From positions 24,986,001-25,050,000 of the forward strand of contig OX597836.1 in the NCBI GenBank assembly GCA_951406725.2: 64,000 bases of DNA, in the 5' to 3' direction. A model generated the notes under the pieces. The model saw only the letters and a program-made list of their open reading frames with translations. It was not told the DNA's origin and made no database searches. A program made the position numbers and the translations under genes. Shown here one piece after another: positions 38,385-51,002 of this stretch (the first letter of the stretch is position 1; every line of letters starts with the position of its first letter). Origin of the DNA: Octopus vulgaris (Eukaryota).

Positions 38385-38965
38385 CCAAGTTTAATTCACA
38401 TGACACACACACACACACACACACACACACAGCTTTGTTAAGTAATAGTTTATTGTTTCTGTTTGATGTTTTTGTTTTCACAACTTTTTGCTAAAGTCTC
38501 AATGTTACAAACACCAGAACAATTATTAATGGAAAAATTAGTGTTTAAATCACATTAACATCAAAGTTTAATTTTGTATGTATAATGGTTTTATGATGTA
38601 CGTATATATATGTAAAGGAATGTGTATAATACTTTATGATTTAGTTTTGTATTTATATATATTTCAAGAAATGTGTGTAATGCTTTGATATATATATATG
38701 TACATACATGCATGTATGGGCACAGGACATCACCAATGGTTCATGAAATACATAATCAAACAAGTTAAATATGTAAACAATGAGAAAAAAAAAGGAAAAC
38801 GGAACAAGTAAACAGAGAGAAAGGACCCTTCATTAGTGGTCGGCTGTCTATCTACTCCTGATTTCGAGCTCTCAACGACATATATATGATAGAGTGACAA
38901 ACACATGAAGGAATGTGCATAATATTTTTTATTATATATATATGTATATGTGTATATATATATAT

Positions 38966-39350
38966 CCTCTTTACTTTTACTCTTTTACTTGTTTCAGTCA
39001 TTTGACTGTGGCCATGCTGGAGCGCCGCCTTTAGTCTTGCAAATCGACCCCAGAACTTATTCTTTGTAAGCCTAGTACTTATTCTATCGGTCTCTTTTGC
39101 CGAACCGCTAAGTTACGGGGACCTAAACACACCAGCATCGGTTGTCAAGCGATGTTGGGGGAACAAACACAGACACACAAACACACGCACACACACGTAC
39201 ATATATATATATATATATACATATATACGACAGGCTTCTTTCAGTTTCCGTCTACCAAATCCAAGGCTTTGGTCGGCCCGAGGCTATAGTAGAAGACACT
39301 TGCCCAAGGTGCCACGCTGTGGGATTGAACCCGGAACCATGTGGTTCATA
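38966..39350 (-). mobile_element. SINE family B
   Basis: Same body as 5913-6321. Confidence 0.88.
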
Positions 39351-39374
39351 TGCATGGTATTTATCATACAGCCA

Positions 39375-39429
<55 letters not shown>

Positions 39430-41002
39430 GCCTTAGCAGTGATAATAAATTATTTAAAATGTAAGTTGTGGTCCCCTAGCCGGTGGCATGTAAAAAGCAC
39501 CATCCGAACGTGGCCCATGCCAGTGTTGCCTTGATCGGCTCCCGTGCTGGTGGCACGTAAAAAGCACCATTCAATCATAGTCGATGCCAGCCCCCTTGTA
39601 TAAGTGGATAGAATACTTCCACTGTTTACACTCTGAGTTCAAATCCTACCAGGGTGGACTTTGCCATTTCTCTTTTGTGGATTGGTAGGAAATTAGTGTA
39701 GGATGAGTTGTCATGTGGTATCTACTTCAGTTTTGTGTTCTCTGTTCAAATTTTGTCCCTTGTTGGTGGGGGTGGGAGATGGACCTAGGGTTGCTTTGGG
39801 TCCCTGCGAATATAGTGATGGGCTTGAGAAATCCTTAAGCAAGAGCTCAAGTATTTCAACTGATCATTCCCCATGTCAGCATCCCAACTTTGTGCACTCA
39901 AAGAAGCAGAAGAATACACACCACCAACATCAACACCAGACGTGTCTGTGAAGTACTCAGCCACTTGGCTGTTCCACTGATTGAACTGGAACCCTCGTTG
40001 CTGTCCCCAACGGAGGGCCACTTGGATATATGGAGTATTTTTTCTTTGGTTGCTCCACCCATACATATCTGTCTGTTAGTCATTCCGTTCTTTTCCTCCC
40101 CTCTTCCTTCCCACCTCTCTTCTTCATTCCAAATTGCTTTAGTTCACACCTTCCTGGTAATCATAGGTAGCTATCATATCAAGTCTAGGATATTTGCCCC
40201 TCATGCACAATAACTACCCCCAAGGACAATTACTCCTGAGGACAACAGATAAGGATTTAAAAGTTAATATATTGGAGAGGAGGTAATTAACCAAGCAGGG
40301 GTGGGTGGGGGTAATTGACCTAGGGGATAGTTGTCATTGGGGGGAATTGTCCCTTGGGAGGTAATTGTTTTGATACTATCATATCATCTGTGAGTGTTTC
40401 CTGTAGTAGACTGGTGTCCTGTCCAGGTGGAAATCTATCTCCTATTTTTAGTGCCATAGTTACACTGTTGCCAAGCACTGGTATACTGTGTGTGTGTCTG
40501 ATGTTACATAATCACTGCATGATAGATGATACAGAAACGTTTGCTCCACCCCACTGCCCATCCACTTCCTCGTTTCTGGATAGATTGCGTTATGATTTAC
40601 TCTAAGGCGAAGGGTGGGTCGAGGGGTGTTTTGGCTGTTGCTCTGAGGTGTTCCTTTGGCAATCTTCTGTATTTATAGTTCTGCTGGAATGGAACCAAAA
40701 CAAGGTTAAAACAGAATAAAGGAGGGAGGCAGTTGGCTACTTAACAACAACAACAACAACAACAAAAAGTGAAAATCTTTACCATCACATCACTATCACT
40801 ACCAACTGATACCACCACCACCACCACCATCACCCCTGTCAGCACTAGTCTCCCCCCACCCCCACCCCTCCTCAGCAAACAACAACAAAGTGATTCCAAT
40901 CAACTTCACTTCCTACCATGTCTTTATCAAGAGCCCTGTCTTAGTTGTCAGTGAGATCAGCTTGATTTTGCTTGATTCTCATTACTTATAAAAAAAAAAG
41001 GG

Positions 41003-41067
<65 letters not shown>

Positions 41068-41517
41068 AAGGGAGCAGGTTTTAGAAAGCTTGTCAGTTCT
41101 AAGTATCCTAGCTGCACTGATCTGACACACCAAATGGAAGGAGAGGAAGAAAAAAAACCCCAGAAACAAATTAAGAGAGTGAATCCTGTTTTGATTGCTG
41201 TTTTGGTAGCACAATGGAGTGTTCTAGAAATATTGATAAAATTTCATTAATCTGTGAGAAGCCAAATTGTGTAAAATCAAGGAGCATCAAGGGTCAGTGT
41301 AACTGTTCCCATCTCCCAATACTGAATGTAATGGTCACCACAACCCACTGCTCCCGTAATGGGGGTTTGGGTTATTAGCAAGGGCATTTAGTGATCTTTT
41401 CATTATTCTTTCAGCAAATAAAGTGAAGGTCATGCTTTGCTGATGAGTTCAGAATAATACTAAAACATATTCAAATGTTTCTTCTGTACTTGTTAAAACA
41501 TTATTCATGATATGAGT

Positions 41518-42035
41518 GGAACGTAAAAAGCGCCATATGAACGTGGCTGATGCTAGTACCTCCTGACTGTCTCCTGTGCCGGTGGCATGTAAAAAGCACC
41601 ATCCAAACGTAGTCAATGCCAGATCCACCTGACTGGTTCCCATGCTGGTGGCATGTAAAAAGCACCAACCAAGCATGGCTGATGCCAGTACCCCCTGACT
41701 GCCTGACTGGCTCTTTGTGCTGGTGGCACATAAAAAACACCATCCGAATGTGGATGATGCCAGTAACCCCTGACTGGCCCCTGTGCTGGTGGCATGTAAA
41801 AAGCACCATCCAAATGTGGCCAATGCCAGGCCTGCCTGACTGGCTCCTGTACTGGTGGCATGTACAAAGCACCCACTACACTCTCAGAGTGGGTGGCATC
41901 AGGAAGGGCATCCAGCTGTAGAAACATTGCCAGATCAGATTGGAGCCTGGGGCAGCCGCTGGCTCTCCAGACCTCAGTCAAATCATCCAACCCATGCCAG
42001 CATGGAAAACGGATAGTAAACGATGATGATGATGA
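41518..42035 (+). mobile_element. Retroposon family C with ~6 internal ~60-bp tandem units
   Basis: Repeated GCCAGTACCCCCTGACTGGCTCCTGTGCTGGTGGCATGTAAAAAGCACC, then the GGAAGGGCATCCAGCTGTAGAAAC body and a (GAT)n tail. Confidence 0.88.
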
Positions 42036-42261
42036 TTCAAGGTTGATAAAATAAGTGTCAGTTGAGTACAGAGATTGATGTAATCAACTTACTGCTTCCC
42101 GCCAAATTTCTGACTTTGTGCCAAAATTTGAAAGCAATTATGATAGCAAACTGGCAGAATCAAAAGAGAATTTTGTCCATCTTTACATTGTGAGTTCAAA
42201 TCCCACCGAGGTCAGCTTGGCCTTCTGTGACTATATATATATATATATATATAAGGATATA

Positions 42262-42299
<38 letters not shown>

Positions 42300-42302
<3 letters not shown>

Positions 42303-42490
42303 GGAGAGTTCACGAAAAAAACAAAAGACAAAGACAGGTGGTATACAAAACAAACAGATGTATTAGTATAATGCTCAGGAATAGAAAAAGTCTTTTACAT
42401 TTCGAGCCTATGCTCTTCTACAGAAAGGGACACAGAAAAAAAACAAGGAGAGAAAAAATGTGTGTAGTGGCTAATGATCTATCATAGCGA
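42300..42490 (-). mobile_element. Short repeat family G in (TA)n, carrying a variant hammerhead-like motif (42391-42428)
   Basis: Minus strand CUUU-CUGUAGA-A-GAGC-AUAG-GCUC-GAAAU-GUA-AAAG. Homologous to 48590-48820 and to a degenerate copy at 24880-25025. Confidence 0.7.
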
Positions 42491-42589
42491 CTGATATATA
42501 TATATATATATATATATAATGGAAAGTGCGAGGAATATTAATGTAGTATATGGGGATCAGACAGTAAGCATAAGCCAGTGTCAATGGTG

Positions 42590-42812
42590 AGATGAGCCTC
42601 ATCCCAGGAGATCTGTATAGCTTGACGAGGACATCCTGCAAACTCTGGTGGAACAAAATCCCATTGTAACTGTTGAGAAACTAGCAGAAAAGCTTGGATT
42701 TGGTCATTCAACCATTCATCAATGCCTGCACACCATTGGAAAAGTCATAAAATTGGGTCAATGGGTTCCTCACAAACTTTCTGAGTCTAATCACACACAA
42801 AGAGTGAATGTG
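42590..42812 (+). mobile_element. Mariner transposase fragment (HTH + WVPHEL-like linker)
   Basis: LDEDILQTLVEQNPIVTVEKLAEKLGFGHSTIHQCLHTIGKVIKLGQWVPHKLSESNHTQRVNV. The ORF then runs into a family A SINE. Confidence 0.9.
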
Positions 42813-43329
42813 GGAACACAACGTATTTATCCTAACAACCAGGGAACGCATTTCATTGTTATTTATTTTATTGACCCTGGAAGGGTGAAAAGAAATGTCA
42901 GCTGTGGCATGAGTTTGAACTTGGAATGTGAAAGATTACAGCTTAAATTCCATGAGATAAGATATCTAATCCAAAACGCTAAAGTTCTGGCTGGTTTAGC
43001 CCTTTAAATCTGAAACTGTTCACATAGTTTTTGGCAGCAGTCTCTTGGGAATACTTACTGTTGCCATTAACATATAAACTCTGCATGTTTCACACAGTTT
43101 CATTGAACTGTTTAAGTACAAACTAATTTCTCTTAATCTTGTGTTTGTATACATATATGCATGAATGCACAGACGCACACACACACACATACATGCATGC
43201 ATGCAAATGTGTTTTTGAATTCATTTTAGCTGTCGCAGCTAAAGCTATGCTAGAGTATTGCCTTAATATATACAGCTGAGCTACACAATACCAACTGATG
43301 TAGTTTTCATTCTTGGGTTCAACAGTTTT

Positions 43330-43870
43330 GACTGACTCCCATGCTGGTGGCATATAAAACATACCATTTGAATGTGGCCAATGCCAGTACCCCCTGATTG
43401 GCTCCTGTGCTGGTGACATGTAAAAAGCACCATCTGAACGTGGCCAATGCCAGTACCCCCTGACTGGCTCCCATGCTGGTGGCATATAAAACACACCATT
43501 TGAATGTGGCCAATGCCAGTACCCCCTGATTGGCTCCTGTGCTGGTGGCATGTAAAAAACACCATTTGAACGTGGCCAATGCCAGTACCCCCCTGACTGG
43601 CTCCTGTGCTGGTGGCATGTAAAAAGCACTATTCGAACATGATCAATGCCAGGCCTACCTGACTGACTCCTGTGCTGGTGGCACGTAAAAGCACCCACTA
43701 CACTCTTGGAGTGGTTGGCGTTAGGAAGGGCATCCAGCTGTAGAAACATTGGCAGATCAGATTGAAGCCTGGTGCAGCTACTAGCTTTCCAGACCTCAGT
43801 CAAACCGTCCGACCCATGCCAGCATGGAAAGCGGACGTTAAACGATGATGATGATGATAATGATGATGAC
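43330..43870 (+). mobile_element. Retroposon family C with ~6 internal 60-bp tandem units
   Basis: As for 41518-42035; explains the 303-aa repetitive minus-strand ORF. Confidence 0.88.
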
Positions 43871-44004
43871 ATTATGCTGTAGAGTAGACTTAAGGAATCT
43901 GTATTCCAGTAGCAAATCTTATGAGATATTAAGTTACGTCTATCCTGGGCTTCAGGATTCATAAGATCAGAGCTTAATCTGGTTGCCATAGTATATGTGG
44001 TTGA

Positions 44005-44525
44005 AATTACAACACTCTTCCCTGGGCAGGACACCAGCCCATCTTAGGGTTAACTTCCCAGTTATCGTGGGAACTCATTTGTAACAAGAGTGAACTGGAG
44101 CAGTGTAAAATGAAATGTTTTGTACCCGAACATAATGCACCGTCTGGCTGTGGAATTGAAACCACAATCCTATATTCATCAGTGTAACACCCTAACAACC
44201 AGTCCATGTCTTATGAGATATTAGTCATAATAAATCTAGCCACGTCACTGAAGTAATAATTTAACAAACATCAGAAGTTGGTGGTTAGACCCTGTTACTT
44301 TGTAAGGAACCTAGGGCCAGTTTCTTGGTTTCTCTGGCCTTGATATTTCCCCCTGGATGGGATGCTAGTCCATTGCAGGATTACTCCTTTTTATCAGCTG
44401 AGTGGAGTGGAGCAATGCGAAGTGAAGTGTTCTGCTCAAGAACACAATGCATGGCCCAGTTTAGGAATTGAAACCTCAATCTTACGCCCATGTGTCCAAC
44501 ACCCTAACCACTTAGCCATGTGCCA
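44005..44525 (-). mobile_element. Two decayed tRNA-derived SINEs, family F (~44005-44210, ~44330-44525)
   Basis: Minus strand heads TGGCTAAGTGGTTAGGGTG...GGTTTCAATTCC followed by GTGTTCTTGAGCAGAACACTT...GCTCCACTCCACTCAGCTG. Related to 53290-53585 and 16760-16945. Confidence 0.7.
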
Positions 44526-44579
44526 CAACAAATGTCATAAACAGTACAGATTATTCCATATATTATCTTCAGGACAATG

Positions 44580-44930
44580 AATACTGAGCTTCAAGATTCC
44601 CTTCATGGTACAAATACCAAGCTACTTTCTAACGAGGGCTCAAAATATCCCATGGTGGGAGTACAAGACCAAAGGACTCATTTCACTCCTCTCAGCTGTT
44701 ATTGTTCAGTGCAGAGTAGTTTTTGCTGGCCACTGGTGCCATGCTGAACTACAGACCGTAACACATGTTGCATTCTGGAGACTTTCACCCCTTAGTACAG
44801 GACGAAGACCATTCAACTACATTGATGTTATTGACCGGAAGACATACAACAGGATGGTGAGGATCTACTGAAGGTAATGTGAGGCAAAGATTCTTGGTGC
44901 AGCGCGATGAAATGCATCTTGTTGGGGACA
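44580..44930 (+). mobile_element. Second decayed RTE-like LINE C-terminal fragment
   Basis: YFLTRAQNIPWWEYKTK...QCRVVFAGHWCHAE...VAFWRL...GRRPFNYIDVIDR resembles the RxxFAGHC...LLW...GR..Y.D C-terminal pattern of RTE-group RTs. Confidence 0.6.
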
Positions 44931-45128
44931 CTTGAAGGAGAAGGAAACGAAAGTGCTAAAAAAAAAAGCTTTGAGAGAGGCAGGGCTGTATGGTGAAGAA
45001 GTTTACTTCTCTAGCATGTAATTAATTGTAGGTTCAATTCTACTGCATGGCACTGGTAAAGCTCATCTACAGCTAGCATGTGATGTCAACACACACACTT
45101 ACACACACACACATGCTTATGCAAGCAC

Positions 45129-45612
45129 ATGTATGTATATGTGTATATATGTGTGTATGTATGTATATATGTATGTGTATATATATATATTTATGTATGT
45201 GTGTATATATATTTATGTATATATATATATATACGTATTTATGTATGTATATATGTATATATATATATGTATGTATATATATATATACGTATTTATGTAT
45301 GTGTATATGTATATATATATATACGTATTTATGTATGTGTATATGTATGTATATATATATATACGTATTTATGTATGTGTATATGTATATATATATATAC
45401 GTATTTATGTATATATATACGTATTTATTTATGTATATATATACGTATTTATTTATGTATATATATATATGTATTTATGTATGTATATATATATACGTAT
45501 TTATGTATATATATATGTATTTATGTATGTGTATATATATATGTATTTATGTATGTATATACATATATGTATTTATGTATGTATATACATATATGTATTT
45601 ATGTATGTATAT
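45129..45612. repeat. (TA)/(TG)-derived minisatellite with recurring TACGTATTTATGTA
   Basis: Direct reading. Confidence 0.95.
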
Positions 45613-46687
45613 GGCGGTGCCCCAGCATGGCCATGTTCGTGAGCTGAAACTAGATAAAATAAAAAAAATATATATATTTGTATGTATATATATATGTATA
45701 TGAAAAAGATCTGTTCTTTAACGATCTTTTATTTGCTATTTCTTATTGTGTTCTTATAATCCATTAAACCTGTTCATCCTTCATTTCATAGCCTGAATAA
45801 ATAAAGGCCCTAGATAAAAAAAGAAAAAAGACAAAAAGCTAGGGTGCAGGGTGGAATAGAGATGACACACCCATGAATGGGGTGGGTGGTTATAGGGGGC
45901 AATAGAATAATAATAATGATAATAATAATAAGGGTGGATGATTTAGGGTATGTTTGTTCTGCTGTAGCCCTTCCCCCCTGTCTCTTTTTCTCAAAACATG
46001 ATATTGAAAATTACATGATAAATAGAAAACCTGTTGTGATAAGTGCTCTGCTTCCAAGTACGACCACCACCACCACAAGCACGACATAGATTTGCGAAAT
46101 AAAGCCCTATCTTTATATGTACATGCAAACACACACACACACGCACGCACGTGCGCACACACACACACACGCATGCACACACATGTAGATGCAAATACAT
46201 ATACACGTCTACGCATACACATACACTTCTATTGGTGAGACTATGAAAACATTTCTTTAATGATGTGCTCCTTTTAGGAGCTTGAAATATCTTTTGTACG
46301 AAGCAATGAAAAATATATTGCCTGAGAAATTTAAATGGTTATTTCTCAGTTGGTCTATTTCCCTGTATTTATGTTGCTATGTAGATTTATTGAGATTTGT
46401 ATAAAAAAAACAAACTTCTTAAACATCAAAAAAGTCATAGAGGTTGTTTCAAGGTTGCAGTGGATTGGTGGGGTGGTGACCCCCCTTAGAAGGGGAAGTG
46501 GTACCTGGGAATGTGCTAATTGGGCTCTACCTGGGGCTTGATCAACCCTGGTAGGGTTGTCTGAGTGAAGGTGATTGATTGTTGAAAGACCCCCAAAATA
46601 TCTGAAATCTCCAGGTGACCAATATCACTAATCATTAGTTGAGGTACATCGCGAGATGATGTATGAAAAAACTAAATTTTATCAACA

Positions 46688-47068
46688 GGCGTGGCTGAGT
46701 AATCAGAAGTTTGTTTCTCAACCACATGGTTCTAGGTTCAGTCCCACTGCATGGCACCTTGGGCAAGTGTCTTCTACTGTAGCTTCAGGCCGACCAAAGC
46801 CTTGTGAGGAGATTTGGTAGACAGAAACTAAAAGAAGCCTGTTGTATATGTATATATGTGTGTGTGTTTGTTGCCCCACCATCACTTAACAACTGATGTT
46901 GGTGTGTTTATGTCCCTGTAACTTAGCAGTTTAGCAAAAAGAGACTGATAGAATAAGTACTAGTTTACAGAGAATAAGTCCTAGGGTTGATTTGTTTGAT
47001 TAAAGGCGGTGCTCCAGTATGGCCGCAGTCAAATGACTGAAACAAATAAAAGAAAAAAGAATAAAAGA
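46688..47068 (+). mobile_element. SINE family B, full length, older
   Basis: Head GGCGTGGCTGAGT...GGTTCAGTCCC, CORE-like block and B tail. Confidence 0.85.
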
Positions 47069-47224
47069 ATATATTTGGGAATGGTTGTTTCCTGTTGGGG
47101 TCCCACCCTGAAGTTGCAGGCTTATGGCTGGTTGTACTGGCATCAGGTGGAAACTAATATATTTTTGAATGCACCTCTCTACTTAAGATCTGAATATGTC
47201 CCTTGTTAACCCTTGTTATCAGAT

Positions 47225-47665
47225 GGTGCAGTAACCAAACGCATACCTTCCATCAGACACCTACCATACTCTGAGCGCCTTGTTTCCCTGGGCATGGATT
47301 CACTGAAGCTCCGGCGTCTAGCGATGGACTTGGTAAACACCCACAAAGTTATCAACCACCTCACCAACAACAATACTGAACACCTTTTTGATCTTCATGT
47401 GTCTAACACACGTGGACATGCCTACAAAGTCAGAAAACAACACAGCTCCCATGACTTTCGGAAACATTTTTTCACGCTCAGAGTTGCTGAAGCATGGAAC
47501 AAACTGCCTGCATCAGTTGTTGACTGCCATGACACTGCATCCTTTAAGGCCCTCATGCTTTCCGAAATCCGCCGAAACTACACCTGATTATACATACACT
47601 TTAGATGAGTTGTAGTGCACCTGAGCACTGTACACAATGTTTTCATTTTTATTATTATTATTATT
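47225..47665 (+). mobile_element. CR1-clade LINE 3' fragment
   Basis: TKRIPSIRHLPYSERLVSLGMDSLKLRR...TRGHAYKVRK...RKHFFTLRVAEAWNKLP...ASFK is the typical CR1 ORF2 C-terminus. Followed by a short 3' UTR and an (ATT)n tail. Confidence 0.92.
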
Positions 47666-47973
47666 GAGAGGTCACCGTTGTGATTAGAATATCGCAGGAA
47701 AGTATTGTGAGGCACATTCTTCAAGCTGAGCCAACCAGTGGGAGACTTAGTGGTAGGCCAAGAATGAGACAGTTGGATAATTACCATAGTCTCAGTTAGT
47801 CATGCTTGTGAATCCAGAGGGAAAGTGTAATGATGGTTGCTACTGATAGGATCTTGTGAACAAGTTACTTGAGGACTTTACCCCAATAACTCTCCCAAGA
47901 CTAGTGGGTGAAGACGGATGGATGGGTAGATGGACATCATTGAAATTGGTAGGCAAATATTTGGCGTGAAATA

Positions 47974-48222
47974 TTGGATTGGTGCATAATTATTGCGGCT
48001 TTTTTTCAACAAATTTTATTCAACAAAAGCAATGACAATATTTAACAAAAACATCTTTAAATGATGGTCTGACCATCTGGCTAGCAAATGGGAAGCAGTA
48101 ATTGAAGTAGATGGTGAATATGCCCCGGAATAATCATTTAAAGATATTTTTGTTACATGATATTGTTTTTGTTGAATAAAACTTGTTTAAAAAAAAGCCG
48201 CAATAATCATGCACCAACCCTA
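47974..48222 (+). mobile_element. Internally deleted mariner element (MITE)
   Basis: TA flanks and long TIRs (TTGGATTGGTGCATAATTATTGCGGCTTTTTTT...). The interior retains the transposase C-terminus DHLASKWEAVIEVDGEYAPE*. Confidence 0.88.
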
Positions 48223-48286
48223 TATAAAACATGAAGCCTTAAAAAAATGAATAAATAAATGAAAAAAGAAATAGGCAATTTGTAGG

Positions 48287-48545
48287 TTCACCAGCTACAA
48301 CTGTGAAATATGTATAAAATATTTTATCCATCAACAGTATTTTAATGAAGTACAAACAAAAAACATGCACTGGAGCAAAACCATTTCACTGTAAAGTATG
48401 TGGGAAACCTTTCCTTCTAAGTCTTCCAAACTTGCTACCCACAAATGTTGTCACTGGAGAAAAATTTTGTTGTGAAGGAATATGTGGGAAATCCTTTGGT
48501 TTTAATATCATTTTAATTAAGCACTAACTAATTGCACCTGGATAA
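48287..48545 (+). pseudogene. Degenerate C2H2 zinc-finger array relic (~3 fingers)
   Basis: YNCEICIKYF..., TGAKPFHCKVCGKPF, TGEKFCC..ICGKSF...LIKH*. TGEKP-like linkers are present, with frameshifts, lost His ligands and a stop. Confidence 0.8.
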
Positions 48546-48651
48546 ATTTAATAAACAGTTTGCTTCTTGAGACTATATATATATATGAACGCCGTGTTGA
48601 ATCGTTAGCTCCTGCACGCATTTTTTTCTCTCCTTGTTTCTTTTCTGTGTA

Positions 48652-48689
48652 TCTTTCTGTTGAAGAGCGTAGGCTCGAAACGTAAAAGA
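48652..48689 (+). ncRNA. Variant minimal hammerhead-like motif in repeat family G (48590-48820)
   Basis: UCUUU-CUGUUGA-A-GAGC-GUAG-GCUC-GAAAC-GUA-AAAGA. Stems I and II pair perfectly; the core has U at the normally conserved A6. Confidence 0.6.
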
Positions 48690-48835
48690 CTTGTTTTATT
48701 TCTATTCCTGAGAGCCATACTAATACATTGTTTGTTTGTACTCCACCTGCCTTCGTCTTTTGTTTATTTTCGTAAACCTGCCTTCGTCTTTTGTTTATTT
48801 TCGTAAACCTTCACGTTATATATATATATAAGCAA

Positions 48836-49330
48836 GTGGAGGTGCAATTGACCAGTGGTTAGGGCAGCAGACTCGTGGTCGTAGGATTGCGGTTTCGATT
48901 CCCCTTGTGAGTGTTTATTGAGCAAAAACACCTAAAGCTCCACGAGGCTCCAGCAGGGAGTGGTGGTGAACCCTACTGTACTCTTTCACCACAACTTTCT
49001 CTCATTCTTTCTTCCTGCTTCTGTTGTACCGGTATTTCAAAGGGTCAGCCTTGTCACACTGTGTCACACTGAATCTCCCCGAGGACTACGTTAAGGGTAC
49101 ATGTGTCTGTGAAATGCTCGGCCACTTGCATGTTAATCACTGAGCTGTGACATCACAGGTGCCAAGCTGTATCGGCCTTTGCCTTTCCCTTGGATAACAT
49201 CGGTGGCATGGAGAGGGGAGGCTGGTATGCATGGGCGACTGCTGGTCTTCCAGAAATAACCTTGCCCAGACTTGTGCCTTGGAGGGTAACTTTCTAGGTG
49301 CAATCCCATGGTCATTCATGACCAAAGGGT
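48836..49330 (+). mobile_element. tRNA-derived SINE family E (48836-~49140) fused to the 3' half of family F (~49141-49330)
   Basis: Head CAGTGGTTAGGGCAGCAGACTCGTGG...GGTTTCGATTCCC is shared with 55476. The 3' part matches 53385-53575. Confidence 0.8.
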
Positions 49331-49494
49331 GTCACAGCAATATATAAGCAACTATGCACAGATACGCCAACTGAAATATGCTCACTTGACCCCCACTCCA
49401 CATACTCTTATGCATGTACATGTTTATTCCTTAAAAGAAATAACTAATTGCAAATGTAACTTATCGCCAATGAATTTTTCTCCAGACTTGGTAA

Positions 49495-49588
49495 GAGTAG
49501 ATTGACAGGTAGGTTGGTAGGTAGGTAGATACACAGACAAGTTGATAGATAGACAAACAGATAGATAAGTTGATATATGGATAGAAAA

Positions 49589-49627
<39 letters not shown>

Positions 49628-49790
49628 CGTAGATACAAAGATAGACAGATGGATAGAATGACAGAGATGGATAGATAGACTGAGAGATAGATAGATAGAC
49701 TGACAGATGGATGGATAGATAGATAGATAGATAGATAGATAGACTGACAAATGGATAGATAGAATGACAGATGGATAGATAGACTGAAAA
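49495..49790. repeat. (GATA/GACA/GATG)n tetranucleotide array
   Basis: Direct reading. Confidence 0.95.
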
Positions 49791-50219
49791 TAAATTTGGA
49801 AGCATTTCCTGAATGAAAATGGAACAGTAAAATAATGTGTTTGACAGATTGGTCTAACACAGTCCATTGGTGATGTTCCTTGACTGGGTTTTCAAGCATC
49901 AAATATAATTGCGGAGTTGTACCACATGTCTAACAAGGAACTTGATCTCAAGTGATTTACATGATGGTGAGAGAGCCACTTTAAACCATCTAAGATTACA
50001 CAAAAGCTGTTTCAGTAATTTGAGGGGAAATAACTGAAAAGTGACTCTGGACAGTTTTTTTTGGTTAAAGTGGCTCTTTGATGTTATTGTATCAATTTCT
50101 TTTAAAAAAAAAAAAGGTATTACTTTGTGATTTCTGTTTGATTTTAAATCTGTGTTGCATTCTAATAATAAAGAAGGACATCTACATTTTGTTAGCTGTT
50201 GTGTTTAGTGATGTCTTCT

Positions 50220-51002
50220 ATCTTTCACTTGTTTCAGTCATTGGACTGCGGCCATGCTGGGGCACTGTTTTGAAGAACTTTTACTTGAACGGATCGACTC
50301 CAGTACTTATTCTTGCTTTAAAGCCTGGTACTTATTCTGTTGGTCTCTTTTGCTGAACCGCTAAGTTAAGGGGTGTAAGCATACCAACACCAGTTGCCAA
50401 GTGGCGGTGGAGAACACACACATGATGGGCTTCTTTCATTTTCTGTTTACCAAATCCACTTGTTCTTTGGAATGGCCAAATAATGTTTGAAAAGTTTAAG
50501 GACAAGAATGAAGACAGTGGCAGTATCTTAGTAAATGTTTATAGAAAATTAAGGATTCTATTCTGCCGCTTTCGTGATAAAGGGATTGAAATAAATTTGA
50601 CAAACCTTCAATATCGGATATGAACAATTATAGGCATGGGCATGGCTGTGTAGTAAGAAGCGTGGCTGTGTAGTTCCGAGTTCAGTCCCACTGCATGGCA
50701 CCTTGAGCAAGTGTCTTCTACTATAGCCTCCGGCCAACCAAAGTCTTGCAAATGGATTTGGTAGAGGGAAACTGAAAGAAGCCTGCTGTAATATATACAT
50801 ATGTGTGTATCTTTGTGTCTGTGTTGGTTCCCCATCCCTACTCGACAACCGGTGTTGGTGTGTTTATGTCCCTGTAACTTAGTTTGGCAAAAGAGAATAA
50901 GGACCGGGCTTCATAAGAAATAAGTCCAGGGGTCGATTCACTTGACTAAAAACTCTGAGAGATTGAGATGCCCACAGTCTAATGACTGAAACAAGTAAAA
51001 GA
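50220..51002. mobile_element. Divergently oriented family B SINEs (50220-50460 minus, 50632-51002 plus)
   Basis: Family B body on opposite strands. Confidence 0.8.

Noticed and set aside
38715-38885. Insert in (TA)n with CTAATGAAGGG on the minus strand, a possible hammerhead remnant
   Set aside because: The core is mutated and there is no correctly placed GAAA or stems; too degenerate to call.
41518-41870. Regularly spaced repeats resembling a CRISPR array (also 51985-52390)
   Set aside because: The intervening sequences are homologous to each other rather than unique spacers, there are no cas genes, and the context is eukaryotic.
43123-44034. 303-aa ORF with YWHWP repeats
   Set aside because: It is the antisense reading of the 60-bp tandem array in a family C retroposon.
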